Below are positions 8,733 through 18,822 of a stretch of DNA of 64,000 nt, in pieces; positions within the stretch are counted from its first letter, which is position 1, and every line of letters begins with the position of its first letter. Below the pieces are notes generated by a model. That model had not been told where the DNA came from, made no database searches, and saw only the letters and a program-made list of their open reading frames with translations. This stretch comes from Candidatus Omnitrophota bacterium (GTDB taxonomy: Bacteria > Omnitrophota > Gorgyraeia > Gygaellales > Profunditerraquicolaceae). The position numbers and the translations under genes are program-made. Location of the stretch: assembly GCA_026387355.1 (NCBI GenBank), contig JAPLLW010000011.1, forward strand, positions 9,504-73,503. The letters run 5' to 3'.

Positions 8733-10748
8733 CTATTCGTTTATAACCTTCCAGATTTTGTCCAGATTCTTACGCGCTTCTTCTTCTCCTCTACGGGCAA
8801 ACTCTGAGGCCCTGTGCAATTCAAGCCAATATAGCCCTGAAGTATCAGGATGCAAAACTATATCCGCAAGCAACCCCTCTTTTTGCGCTACCTCAGACTG
8901 AAGTATTTCAAAAGTACTAAATATAATATCCAGTATATTAGTTTTAAATAGATCTTTAAAGTGCCTGCCTAAATTAAACCAGTTCTTCTTTTTTATCTCT
9001 CCGGAGATATTTACCTTTATCCCCTGTTTTATCTTTTCGTATTGATTCAATATATCCTGTCGCGAAGGCGTAACATTAACCGCGATAATCTTTTTTACCC
9101 CCATCTTTAGAAGCGGTTCGGTGGGAAGCGGATTAGTTACCCCGCCATCAAAGAGAAATTCTTCTTTAAATTTAAAAGGCGCAAAAACTCCGGGCATAGA
9201 ACAGCTCGCCATAATTGCATCTGCCAATAAACCTTTATCGAGAACGCGAGGCTCTTTCCTTTTAACATCAGTAGCAATAATCTTAAGCGGAAGGCGTACA
9301 TCATAAAAAGTCTTATCTCCTAAATGCTTCTTCAAAAACCCATGCAGTTTATTGCCTTTAAGAAATCCGATATGCGGAAATGTCAGGTCAATCAAACCCC
9401 AGATATGCTTTGGCTCCTTAAATTCCTTCATAATCTCCAGAATCTCGGAACTTGACTTGCCAATCGCCCAAAGACTAGCAATTAGCGCCCCCATACTGGA
9501 ACCGGCAATAATATCTATCGGGATATTCTCTTCTTCAATTACCTTTAATACGCCCAGATGACAAAAACCATAACCTACCCCTACTCCCAAGACTAAACCT
9601 ACCATACATTCGCCCACATAGCGGGAGATTCTTCTTACCGCTCTGGTATACTCGCTATCCGGCTCATCCAAGACCAACCGGTCAGTAAGACCAGGCTTAA
9701 TCATAGGTAAAGTGGCAAAAATATTCCTATCTAAGATCTTAGCCTGTTCGATAGGAGTAACTTTGGAGAATTTATATTCATTGATAATAATCTTAATTTT
9801 ATCGACTTGAAAATCAAACTCTTTCTTTAACCTAAGAGTAAGATTATGCGTTTTCTCAAGCTCTGGCTCATCCGGACCACTCAATAAATGTATAAGGTCG
9901 GACTGATTCAAGATACTAAATATATTCTTATCTAGAAGCGATGGTAGGTCTAAGATCAGGTAGTGATAGTCATTTACTAACCAACTTAAGATACCCACCA
10001 GACTTCTTACGCACTGATCATCGAGCGGATTATAATAAAAACAAAGCACGTCAATCCCAAAACTGCTATTTAAGATAAAATCTTTGGCTAAGCTTGAATT
10101 CCCGGAATCCTTACTAGAAAGATCAAATACTTTCTCATTACTAATCCCCAGCCTCCCCGGTAAACTATGCTTTTTATTAGCAGAGAGTATGTCCAGTATG
10201 ATTACTGACTTACGTGTCTCATTTTTAAGGCTTAAGGCAAGATTCAAAGCATAAATTGTTTTTCCTGCCTGAGAATATGAACTAAAAACAGAGATAAACG
10301 TACTTACAAAAATTGTTTTTTGATGGACGTCTTTTCTTTTAAGCCTGCGCGATAGGGTCTTACTTAAATCAATAGCTAAACGTGGGATTTTATTAATAAT
10401 AAAATCAAAATCTTCTTTACTAATAACCAGAATCAAACAATCATTAGTTGCCTGGGCAGTAACCGAATGCGTCTCGTTTGTAAGAAGCGAGATTATTCCG
10501 AAATATTTACCTCGGTGCAGATATTCCAGTATCTTCTGTGTGCCCTGGTTATCCTTAGTGTAAATAACCACTCTTCCTTGGGCCAAACAATAAAAACCGC
10601 TAGGGGAAGATCCTTCTTGATAAATTATATCCCCTTTTTTCAATGAAATAACGCTTGAGCGCTGCATGATAATTTTGCGCTGATGGATAGATAAATCCGC
10701 AAAGATAGGAAATTCCTGGATAACTAAACTCTTATTGATTAATTCCAT
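8733..10748 (-). CDS. three-domain protein: N-terminal cNMP-binding-like (CAP effector) domain, degenerate ParA/MinD-like middle domain, C-terminal patatin-like phospholipase
   Basis: aa 1-140: CAP_ED-like (FGIISLL…HSVTAQA). Middle: ParA-like (SQAGKT, HYLILDLPSLLD). C-terminus: patatin GxSxG (AGSSMGA) and DGG (FLFDGGV) catalytic dyad motifs. Confidence 0.75.
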   Translation of the reverse strand: MELINKSLVIQEFPIFADLSIHQRKIIMQRSSVISLKKGDIIYQEGSSPSGFYCLAQGRVVIYTKDNQGTQKILEYLHRGKYFGIISLLTNETHSVTAQATNDCLILVISKEDFDFIINKIPRLAIDLSKTLSRRLKRKDVHQKTIFVSTFISVFSSYSQAGKTIYALNLALSLKNETRKSVIILDILSANKKHSLPGRLGISNEKVFDLSSKDSGNSSLAKDFILNSSFGIDVLCFYYNPLDDQCVRSLVGILSWLVNDYHYLILDLPSLLDKNIFSILNQSDLIHLLSGPDEPELEKTHNLTLRLKKEFDFQVDKIKIIINEYKFSKVTPIEQAKILDRNIFATLPMIKPGLTDRLVLDEPDSEYTRAVRRISRYVGECMVGLVLGVGVGYGFCHLGVLKVIEEENIPIDIIAGSSMGALIASLWAIGKSSSEILEIMKEFKEPKHIWGLIDLTFPHIGFLKGNKLHGFLKKHLGDKTFYDVRLPLKIIATDVKRKEPRVLDKGLLADAIMASCSMPGVFAPFKFKEEFLFDGGVTNPLPTEPLLKMGVKKIIAVNVTPSRQDILNQYEKIKQGIKVNISGEIKKKNWFNLGRHFKDLFKTNILDIIFSTFEILQSEVAQKEGLLADIVLHPDTSGLYWLELHRASEFARRGEEEARKNLDKIWKVINE

Positions 10749-10750
10749 AT

Positions 10751-11968
10751 CTATAATTTACCGGTTAAACACACCTGCGCAAATTTCTTAGCGCTCTCTC
10801 TAACTGTACGCTGAAAAGTATTGTAATCTATACCTATAAGCCCAAAGCGCGGACTAAACCCCTTATCCCACTCAAAATTATCCAAAAGCGACCAATAGAT
10901 AAATCCCATTATCTCTAAACCGCTAAGTAGCGCCTTATTTACGCTCTTTAAATGCTCCTGAATAAACTCCCATCTTAAAGCATCATCTTCTGTGCAAATT
11001 CCGTTCTCTAGAATAAACACGGGCAATTTATAACGCTTAATACTTATCAATACATCATAGAGCCCCTGCGGATATATATCCCAACCCATAGAGTTCTTTT
11101 TTAAATGATGGTGGTCTTTCTCGCAAACATCCGAAGCAAAATTCTTTATTCCCCAACCCTTAAGTTCAACCCAAGTAGGACTATAATAATTTACTCCTAT
11201 AAAATCCAAAGCTTTGTGACGGAATATCTTGTCAATAAATCCAAGGTTGTAAGATTTGTGCCTTAAATAAGCGGCGAGTTTATTCCTTAAGCTTAGGCGA
11301 CAAGGGACAAATGCCTGCATATTCTGAGCAACACTTATTTTAGGAGGCATTAAATTCTTTTCCTTATATATCTGGCGGATAAGACGATACGCCTTAATGT
11401 GAATACGCTCCAGAGTATTCATTACCCTTGTGGATTTTATTAAAGACTTCTCCTGCGGAGGCCAAAAACCTAAAAGATAGGAAAAATAGGCATAGACATT
11501 GGGTTCATTTATAGTAACCCAGAAACGCACATTATTCGCTAATACTTCTACAACCTTACTGACATAACGTAGAAAATATTTGTCAGCATCCTTATTACAC
11601 CAGGCGCCAAGAGAAGCAAACCATGCAGGATTAGTAAAATGATGCAGAGTAACTATCGGCTCAAGCCCGCGCTCCTTAAGCGCAAGGATTACTAATCTGT
11701 AATGCTCTAGTGCCTCAGATGAGAATTTACCCTCTTGTGGCTCAATGCGTGACCATTCAATTGATAAACGATGACAATTATGATGCAAAGATTTTGCTAA
11801 ATCAAGATCCTGGTTATAAAAATCATAATGCCGGCAAGCAGCGCCGGATTGATTTTTCAAATTCGCTCGCTTCTCCCACTCCCACCAGTCGCTGTAAACA
11901 TTGCCGCCTTCGACCTGGTAGGCTGAAGTAGCTGCACCCCATAGGAATCTTTTAGGAAATTCGATCAT
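10751..11968 (-). CDS. glycoside hydrolase family 1 beta-glucosidase
   Basis: N-terminal FPKRFLWGAATSAYQVEGG, catalytic TLHHFTNPAWF (acid/base NEP region) and ILENG nucleophile motif. Confidence 0.85.
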   Translation of the reverse strand: MIEFPKRFLWGAATSAYQVEGGNVYSDWWEWEKRANLKNQSGAACRHYDFYNQDLDLAKSLHHNCHRLSIEWSRIEPQEGKFSSEALEHYRLVILALKERGLEPIVTLHHFTNPAWFASLGAWCNKDADKYFLRYVSKVVEVLANNVRFWVTINEPNVYAYFSYLLGFWPPQEKSLIKSTRVMNTLERIHIKAYRLIRQIYKEKNLMPPKISVAQNMQAFVPCRLSLRNKLAAYLRHKSYNLGFIDKIFRHKALDFIGVNYYSPTWVELKGWGIKNFASDVCEKDHHHLKKNSMGWDIYPQGLYDVLISIKRYKLPVFILENGICTEDDALRWEFIQEHLKSVNKALLSGLEIMGFIYWSLLDNFEWDKGFSPRFGLIGIDYNTFQRTVRESAKKFAQVCLTGKL

Positions 11969-11985
11969 CGAGGGTACATTATAAC

Positions 11986-12027
11986 ATCAAAAAACAGAAA
12001 GTCCCAACAAAAATGCTGGGACTTTCT
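11986..12027 (-). terminator. rho-independent terminator after gene 12055-12519
   Basis: Perfect 11-bp inverted repeat AGAAAGTCCCA-N10-TGGGACTTTCT, followed in minus sense by GTTTTTTG. Confidence 0.6.
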
Positions 12028-12054
12028 TGGATTACTTAGTGAAAAACAATAACT

Positions 12055-12519
12055 TTATCTACTTTTTGAAGGCGCTTTCTCTAAATTCAGGCTCTTACTT
12101 AATGCACTCCAAGTCTTCGGCCCGACTTTACCATCAGCCGTCAAACCATTTGCTTTCTGGAATTCTGCGATAGCCTTCTTGGTCTTAGAGCCAAGCTTAC
12201 CATCTACCTCTCCGGTATAAAAGGAAGCATTTTTAAGCGCTGTTTGAATTTCAACAGGCGTAGGCTTATACGGACCAGCTGGTGGCAATGACTCCAATTT
12301 ACCTGGTTTAGAAGCAGTAACAAACACCGGCTCAACCTTTATCTCAGGAGTCTTTACCTCGATTGCCTGAACAGTTGCCGGAGCTGTGGTATTCATGGTA
12401 GTAAGCGTCTCCATAGACATCGGCTGCTGCACTTCTTCTAAGGATTGCTGTTTCTTACCACATCCATATAGATAAGTTCCTAATGCAAAAACTAAAGCGA
12501 CAAAAACAAATTTCTTCAT
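12055..12519 (-). CDS. secreted/lipoprotein with C-terminal peptidoglycan-binding domain
   Basis: Signal peptide (…LYGCGKK). PG_binding_1-like repeat GEVDGKLGSKTKKAIAEFQKANGLTADGKVGPKTWSAL. Confidence 0.6.
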   Translation of the reverse strand: MKKFVFVALVFALGTYLYGCGKKQQSLEEVQQPMSMETLTTMNTTAPATVQAIEVKTPEIKVEPVFVTASKPGKLESLPPAGPYKPTPVEIQTALKNASFYTGEVDGKLGSKTKKAIAEFQKANGLTADGKVGPKTWSALSKSLNLEKAPSKSR

Positions 12520-12586
12520 ATTCGTTCACCTCCTTAGTGGATTAATTAATTTTAGCAAAATTTCTATAAAAAGCAAATAAAATTAC

Positions 12587-13783
12587 CTAAATCAACCTGA
12601 TCTTAGGATACAATACATTTACGCTTAAGAAGAATCCTAAGCAGATAATCCCGCCTAAGAAAACCGCAAAAGAAACACCTAATGATTGAGCAATAATACC
12701 AGCAAATAAATTTCCAAAAGGCATAAGGCCGGCAAAGGTAATCATAAATACACTCATTACCCTACCTCTGAATCTATCCTCTACCTTAGTCTGTAATAAA
12801 GTGTTCACTAAAGCCAAGGCGATAACACTTGAGCCTCCTACAAACGCCAGTGCCACCAGTGATAAAGAGTATATTTTTGACAATGAAAAGGTAATCAAGG
12901 AGACAGAGAATAATATCGAAGAGAACGAAAGTAATTTCCCCTTATATTTGAAATCGCCTAAACGTGCTAAGACCAACGCCCCTATAAGAGCGCCGGCACC
13001 TGCACTAGACATAAGTACACCTAGACCTTTGACACCAACCTTTAATATATCTTTAGCAAATATAGGCATAAGAACAACGTGCGCTACGCCAAAAAGACTA
13101 ACCACTCCTATCATCGAGATCAGAGCCAGGATTAAACGATTATTCTTTATAAAAATAAGCCCTTCTATAGAATCTTTGAATGCACTGCCAGCTAAATTAT
13201 CCTGCGGCTTGTCATATATCTTGATTGTCCAAAGCGCAAGTAGCACTGCAAAGAAACTTATCCCATTTATATAGAAACATCCGCTCATGCCAATACTTGA
13301 AATCAAAATACCGCCAAGCGCAGGCCCGATAATGCGCGAAGAATTAAAAGATACGGAATTTAAAGCAATAGCGTTGGTCAAATGTTCTTTCCCGGTTAAT
13401 TCTACAACTACCGCCTGGCGACTCGGGGCATCAAAAGCCATCACAATACCGTTTAAAACAGCAATAACCATAATTTGCATAGTTGTAATTAATTTTAACT
13501 GGGTAAGAATAGCCAGGGCAAATGCCAAGACCATGAAAGCAAATTGAGTAGCAATAAGAATACTTCTTTTGTTGAGACGGTCAGCTAAAACACCCCCGAA
13601 TAAAGAAAGGAAGAGTATGGGGATAGAACTTAAGAATCCTACTACGCCTAATAAAAAAGCAGAATTAGTCAGCTGAAAAACAAGCCAACTAAGGGAAACC
13701 TGCTGGATCCATGTCCCCACCAGCGAAACAAACATACCAAACCAATAAACCCTGAAATCTTTTACCTTGAGTGATGAGAACAT
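12587..13783 (-). CDS. MFS transporter
   Basis: 12 predicted TM helices and a typical MFS loop motif (GVLADRLNKR). Confidence 0.8.
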   Translation of the reverse strand: MFSSLKVKDFRVYWFGMFVSLVGTWIQQVSLSWLVFQLTNSAFLLGVVGFLSSIPILFLSLFGGVLADRLNKRSILIATQFAFMVLAFALAILTQLKLITTMQIMVIAVLNGIVMAFDAPSRQAVVVELTGKEHLTNAIALNSVSFNSSRIIGPALGGILISSIGMSGCFYINGISFFAVLLALWTIKIYDKPQDNLAGSAFKDSIEGLIFIKNNRLILALISMIGVVSLFGVAHVVLMPIFAKDILKVGVKGLGVLMSSAGAGALIGALVLARLGDFKYKGKLLSFSSILFSVSLITFSLSKIYSLSLVALAFVGGSSVIALALVNTLLQTKVEDRFRGRVMSVFMITFAGLMPFGNLFAGIIAQSLGVSFAVFLGGIICLGFFLSVNVLYPKIRLI

Positions 13784-13784
13784 C

Positions 13785-14399
13785 TTAAGACTTAATTACT
13801 GCTTCTCGACGACAACCCGGGCAGAGAATCTTTGTGCGCGTTGAACGATTAATTGTTGCGGATCTACTACCGGGAGAGGCCCTCTCTTTTAAACTTAAAC
13901 CTATACTCCTTAAATAGAAAAGTAGAAGCGAGGCATTAGAAAAAGTTAGCGGACCTAATTTATTGGCTACCCATGCGTATTGATCATAGGGAATAATCGG
14001 CACACCGCAACATTCACAAACAATAAATTCCTTTTCTATTGACTGCTTAAGTTCTTGTCTCTTTTCCGTAGTAGCATAATCAAACTCCTGAGAAAGAATT
14101 ATGCCTTTGGTAGTCAAACAATTAGCCTGGCACTGCCCGCAAGATACACAAATATCCCAATGTACGGTAAGTCTTCTTTTGACCAAAGTCCCTTTTATCT
14201 CATCGATAAATTCAATTGCATTCGCAGGGCATACCTGGGCACAAGCAGCACATCCTACGCAACCATCTTGATAAAAATACGGTCGACCGCGAAAACGCTC
14301 ATATGGCTTATGGGGCTTGACCGGGAAGTTGTTGGTGTAGGGCCTACTAAATAGTGACTTTAACGCCTGCTTTAATTCTCTTACTTTAGGTCTTCGCAT
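13785..14399 (-). CDS. group-4 hydrogenase 2x[4Fe-4S] subunit (NuoI/EchF-like)
   Basis: Two CxxCxxCxxxCP motifs (CVGCAACAQVCP, CVSCGQCQANCL). Confidence 0.7.
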   Translation of the reverse strand: MRRPKVRELKQALKSLFSRPYTNNFPVKPHKPYERFRGRPYFYQDGCVGCAACAQVCPANAIEFIDEIKGTLVKRRLTVHWDICVSCGQCQANCLTTKGIILSQEFDYATTEKRQELKQSIEKEFIVCECCGVPIIPYDQYAWVANKLGPLTFSNASLLLFYLRSIGLSLKERASPGSRSATINRSTRTKILCPGCRREAVIKS

Positions 14400-16128
14400 T
14401 TTTATTCTTACGCTTAAAAATCCATTTTAAAGTGAGAATATTATAAATATCTAAATCTTCCGACTTAAGGAAACGATAATAAATGCGCAGTAACGGCAGG
14501 TTTTCGATAGTTTTATAAAATTCTGTTGCCGGAAAAAGCGGACGGCTATACCCGGATTCTCCACCGACAAAAAAAGTATCTTCTCTAACGCCCTTTTTAT
14601 TCATTGAATTCCAAATTATAAAACCTATAACTAACGCCATAATTATAAATACTGAAACAAAAATACTATTCCAGCTACCGCTATAATCTAATATAAACGA
14701 AAAAGACGGAGCAATGAATTTTCCTACAAAATAATTTGCAAATACCCCAAGCATAACGCAAAAAGCAGCTAAAGTTAGCAAAGGTACAAGCATCTCCCAG
14801 GAAGCCTCACCGATTTTTTCCTTTGACTTAAGATTGTCCTGACCTAAGAAGATAGCATGGATAAACTTGATGAAACTAGCCAAGGTAAGCGCACTACCAA
14901 ACATAGCGGCAACTAAAGCAAACATGTAAATAAATCTTAAGCATATGTTTGTTGTAGCTAATAGACCTAGAAAAGCGCCTTGATAAAGCATCCATTTTGA
15001 AGCAAATCCATTTAACGGAGGAATACCAGAGATAGAAAGAGAGAAAACTATTGCCGCTAGAAAAGTAAGCGGCATATAACGTGCTAAACCTCCCAGTCGA
15101 TCTAATTCAAATGTATTGGCCTTCTTCTCTACTGCTCCACCTACTAGAAATAACCCGCTCTTATATATGGAATTATTAATCATATGAAATATAGCGCCGA
15201 TAATGCCGATTGGGGTTGCGGTACCAATCCCTAAGACCATATAGCCCACCTGGCTTATAGCATGATAGGAGAGCAGCTTCCTCAAATCATGTTGAATCAA
15301 AGCCATCATTACTGCAAAAATAATCGTAAGGCTACCGGTAATAAGCAAGAGGCCGATTATAAAATTGTTCATCACAAAAAAATCCAGGCATATGCGGGAG
15401 AGAATATATATACCAAGCAGCTTATCCAGTGAAGCAGGCAATATCGCCATTACCGTAGCCGGAGCACTCTGGCTTGCCGTAGGAATCCAGGTATGCAGCG
15501 GGCCTGAACCTGCCTTTGCCAATGCCCCTATAAGCATAAGCACGATCGCTACCCAACAGACCGGCCGATTCAAAATCATCGTCGATCCGGTGAACATACT
15601 ATTTGATCCGGTAAAGGAAGTATAAATAATAGCGCCCGCAATAAAACAGAGGTAAGAAAATCCTAGAATTACTCCCGCTTTCTTAGCGCTAAACTTTGAA
15701 TTTAAATTAAGCAACATATAAAGGATAAAGATCGAACCACCCCAGGATAATGTAAAGACAATAAAATCCGTAGCCAGGATTTCTAAATTAGTAAAAACCA
15801 TAAGCAGGATTAACCAGGAGAAATACCCGCCTTTACCGTTAGAATAATCTTTGGAAAAAAGACAAATTAGGAAACCGAAAAGATTAGCAAAGACTAAGAC
15901 CAGACGAGAGAGCTTATCCAAAGTAAGAAATACGGTGAACCCGGGGAAAATCTGCTTGCTCCAGGCAAAATGCGGGCTTAGCGATATGATTATGGCGTAG
16001 ATTAAACTGAATAATAAAACTCCTAGGCTTATGTTTTTTCTTAGATTATCGAGGCGCCCTAAAAAGAAAAAACATATCCCGGATAAAAGCGGTAAAGTTA
16101 GCAGGAAAAATAAACTGATATTCGTCAT
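14386..16128 (-). CDS. complex-I antiporter-like membrane subunit (NuoL/MrpA/EchA-like)
   Basis: About 16 TM helices. Conserved GPLHTWIPTA…PATVMA motif. Confidence 0.8.
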   Translation of the reverse strand: MTNISLFFLLTLPLLSGICFFFLGRLDNLRKNISLGVLLFSLIYAIIISLSPHFAWSKQIFPGFTVFLTLDKLSRLVLVFANLFGFLICLFSKDYSNGKGGYFSWLILLMVFTNLEILATDFIVFTLSWGGSIFILYMLLNLNSKFSAKKAGVILGFSYLCFIAGAIIYTSFTGSNSMFTGSTMILNRPVCWVAIVLMLIGALAKAGSGPLHTWIPTASQSAPATVMAILPASLDKLLGIYILSRICLDFFVMNNFIIGLLLITGSLTIIFAVMMALIQHDLRKLLSYHAISQVGYMVLGIGTATPIGIIGAIFHMINNSIYKSGLFLVGGAVEKKANTFELDRLGGLARYMPLTFLAAIVFSLSISGIPPLNGFASKWMLYQGAFLGLLATTNICLRFIYMFALVAAMFGSALTLASFIKFIHAIFLGQDNLKSKEKIGEASWEMLVPLLTLAAFCVMLGVFANYFVGKFIAPSFSFILDYSGSWNSIFVSVFIIMALVIGFIIWNSMNKKGVREDTFFVGGESGYSRPLFPATEFYKTIENLPLLRIYYRFLKSEDLDIYNILTLKWIFKRKNKNAKT

Positions 16129-16742
16129 TTTATCTTTAGTAAGCTCTTAGCGATTTTCTTAATGTGATAATAAACCGCGGCTGTAAAATCAAGCATATTC
16201 AAATACATATTGCAACTCATAGGAGTACATAGACCGGCAATAAGCCTCTGATTATGGTGATTACGGTATTTATCAACCATACTATCAATATGCTCTTCGT
16301 TCCTTAAAACCTCTTGCACTAAAGCGGGGTTATCTTTTTCTAAGACAAAAACCACCTCTTCTAAGGCAACTTTTGTTTTATTGTAAAGTTCTTTATATTC
16401 TTCAACAGCGACCTCATCAAATAAAAGCCTCTCTTCTATCTTGATTTGAATCCTCTCAAGAATATCTTTACAATAATCTCCGATTAACTCAAAATCAGCT
16501 GCAATATCCGCATAAACTAAGATTCTCATTTTTTCTTCAGTAGAATAAGCGGTGCGACCTAAATCAATAATGTTTTTGTTAATATCTTCTTCTAGGGCAT
16601 TCAACCTAGCTTCGTCTTCCAGGGCCTTAGTAATAAGCTCCACGTCGTGTTCAATAAAAGCGTCATAGGTGAGCTTCCACATAGACAATGAGCTTTTTGC
16701 CATCTGAGTTACTTTTTCCTTAATACTATTTAGATCTACCAT
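16125..16742 (-). CDS. PhoU-domain-like all-helical protein embedded in the hydrogenase operon
   Basis: Two-repeat acidic helical protein resembling PhoU/DUF47 (…EDEARLNALEEDINKNIIDLGR… repeated). Translationally overlapped on both sides. Confidence 0.4.
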   Translation of the reverse strand: MVDLNSIKEKVTQMAKSSLSMWKLTYDAFIEHDVELITKALEDEARLNALEEDINKNIIDLGRTAYSTEEKMRILVYADIAADFELIGDYCKDILERIQIKIEERLLFDEVAVEEYKELYNKTKVALEEVVFVLEKDNPALVQEVLRNEEHIDSMVDKYRNHHNQRLIAGLCTPMSCNMYLNMLDFTAAVYYHIKKIAKSLLKIK

Positions 16743-17934
16743 AGTAGCTCTCCTTTAGTTTAAGGGTTTTATCCTGCGACAATTTAATCAAATCCCAACC
16801 ATTCATTATTTTAGAATTATCCGATTTATTAATCACCGCCACCCTCTCCGTACAGCAATAACAAGGATCGACCGCTGCTAGAGTAAGAGTAGCGTCGGAG
16901 ATCGTACCTCCCACAGCAGCTACCTTATCGGACGCTACATTCATAAAGCTTGGGGAACGGATCTTATGCCTTAACGGCCGGTTAGTTCCGTCACTTACTA
17001 TATAATGGAAACATTCACCTCTGGGAGCCTCCACCCTACCGATACCCTCACCAACTGGGATATCCTTAATGTCAGCGTCAATTATTCCGGATTTAGGCAT
17101 CTTATCTAAACATTGCCTGATAAGGCTTATGCTTTCATATAACTCTAAAATCCTTACTACGGTTTTACAAAATATATCTCCGTCTTTTTCTATAATTACC
17201 TTCCAGTCAAGCCGGTCGCTTGAGCCATATGGTTCATCCCGACGTATATCAATATTCACACCTGAAGCACGCGCAGTCGGGCCTACAACCGCCCATTCAA
17301 TTGCCTGCTGCCTAGTTAATCTCCCAACATCCTTTAAGCGCATCTTTATTATCGGGTCATCCATAATCGCGCCATGAAATAAATCTATCCCCGGCAATAA
17401 TTCATCCAGCATCTTCTTAATCTGCGGGATATCATCGTCTTTTATATCACGCCTAACTCCTCCGACCTTAAACATCGCGTAATTATTACGGTTACCAGTG
17501 ACCATCTCAAACATATCCAAAACCGGCTCGCGGAACTTCCAGGCCCACATCCAGACAGTATTATAACCGATAAAGTGCCCCACCAACCCCAGCCACAAAA
17601 GATGACTGTGAATCCTCTGCAATTCATCTATAATCGTACGGATGAAAAGTGATTTTTCAGGTACAATATTAAATTCTCCGCCCAATATATTTTCTACTGC
17701 CAAAACATAAGCATATGGATGGCTGGACGAACAAATACCGCAGATGCGCTCAACTAAAAACGGAACCTGATCAAAATGCTTAGACTCAGAGAGTTTCTCT
17801 ATGCCGCGGTGGTTATAGCCAATGATAATATCAATATCAACCACCTTCTCGCCCTCGACATAAAGCTGGAAAAACTCCGGTTCTTCCTGTAACGGATGAT
17901 ACGGGCCTATAGGAACAATGATTTTATGACTCAT
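16726..17934 (-). CDS. [NiFe] hydrogenase large subunit, group 4 (NuoD/EchE-like)
   Basis: L1 motif RICGICSSSH (RxCGxCxxxH) and L2 motif DPCYCC (DPCxxC). Confidence 0.85.
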   Translation of the reverse strand: MSHKIIVPIGPYHPLQEEPEFFQLYVEGEKVVDIDIIIGYNHRGIEKLSESKHFDQVPFLVERICGICSSSHPYAYVLAVENILGGEFNIVPEKSLFIRTIIDELQRIHSHLLWLGLVGHFIGYNTVWMWAWKFREPVLDMFEMVTGNRNNYAMFKVGGVRRDIKDDDIPQIKKMLDELLPGIDLFHGAIMDDPIIKMRLKDVGRLTRQQAIEWAVVGPTARASGVNIDIRRDEPYGSSDRLDWKVIIEKDGDIFCKTVVRILELYESISLIRQCLDKMPKSGIIDADIKDIPVGEGIGRVEAPRGECFHYIVSDGTNRPLRHKIRSPSFMNVASDKVAAVGGTISDATLTLAAVDPCYCCTERVAVINKSDNSKIMNGWDLIKLSQDKTLKLKESYYGRSK

Positions 17935-18359
17935 TTTTTATTCCTCATAGGGTAGTCGCCTTGCGGCCATTCATCAGCGAGAAGCAATTTCTTTAAATTC
18001 GGATGGCCTATAAAATTAATTCCGAACATCTCCCAAATCTCACGCTCGATCCATTCTCCTCCCGGGAATAACGGTGAGATAGAAGCAACCTCGGGCTTTA
18101 GCTTATCATCTAACAAAAGACGCACTGTATAAATCTCGCCAGATGGATCATTGCTAAAATGATAGAGTAATTCAAAACCATGCGGAAGCTCTACAGCTGA
18201 AGCAGTAATAAATCTTAACTCTAGATTCTTAAGCAGGATTTCGGTCGTCTTAAGAATGTCTTTTTTATCCAGACTAAAATATATTCTCTTAGTAGAGACC
18301 TCTCTCCAATCTTTAATCTTGTCCTGCAGCTTTTCTTTAATTCTATCCCTCATCTCCAT
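17931..18359 (-). CDS. hydrogenase NuoC/EchD-like subunit
   Basis: 30-kDa-subunit-like fold. Position between the small and large subunits. Confidence 0.65.
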   Translation of the reverse strand: MEMRDRIKEKLQDKIKDWREVSTKRIYFSLDKKDILKTTEILLKNLELRFITASAVELPHGFELLYHFSNDPSGEIYTVRLLLDDKLKPEVASISPLFPGGEWIEREIWEMFGINFIGHPNLKKLLLADEWPQGDYPMRNKK

Positions 18360-18363
18360 AAGA

Positions 18364-18822
18364 CTATTTGCCTTTCTTCATTTTATTCACTAACTGCAGA
18401 ATGCCTGAAATAATAGCTTCGGGTTTAGGAGGACAACCCGGGATATATAAATCGACCGGCAGGATCTTATCCAACGGCTCACCGACATTATAGCTGTCTC
18501 TAAACATGTGCTGCGAACAGGCGCAGATACCACAAGCAACCACCACGCACGGCTTAGCTGTCTGCTCGTAAACCTTCTTCATCCTGACAATTGCCTTCTT
18601 ATTCATTGCGCCGGTAATTAAGAGCGCATCCGCATGCCGGACCGAACCGATAAGCTGAATACCAAAACGCTCAATATCATGCCTAGGAGTAAAACAATCC
18701 AATATCTCGATATCACAGTTATTGCAGGAACCAACACTCATATGAAATACCCAGATGGATTTAGTTAGGGCCTTACTTCTAATATCCATATTATAAACCG
18801 AATGAGGCAAGGATAACCGCAA
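18364..18822 (-). CDS. [NiFe] hydrogenase small subunit (NuoB/EchC-like)
   Basis: GSCNNC, CGICA and PGCPP cluster-binding motifs. Confidence 0.8.
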   Translation of the reverse strand: MRLSLPHSVYNMDIRSKALTKSIWVFHMSVGSCNNCDIEILDCFTPRHDIERFGIQLIGSVRHADALLITGAMNKKAIVRMKKVYEQTAKPCVVVACGICACSQHMFRDSYNVGEPLDKILPVDLYIPGCPPKPEAIISGILQLVNKMKKGK

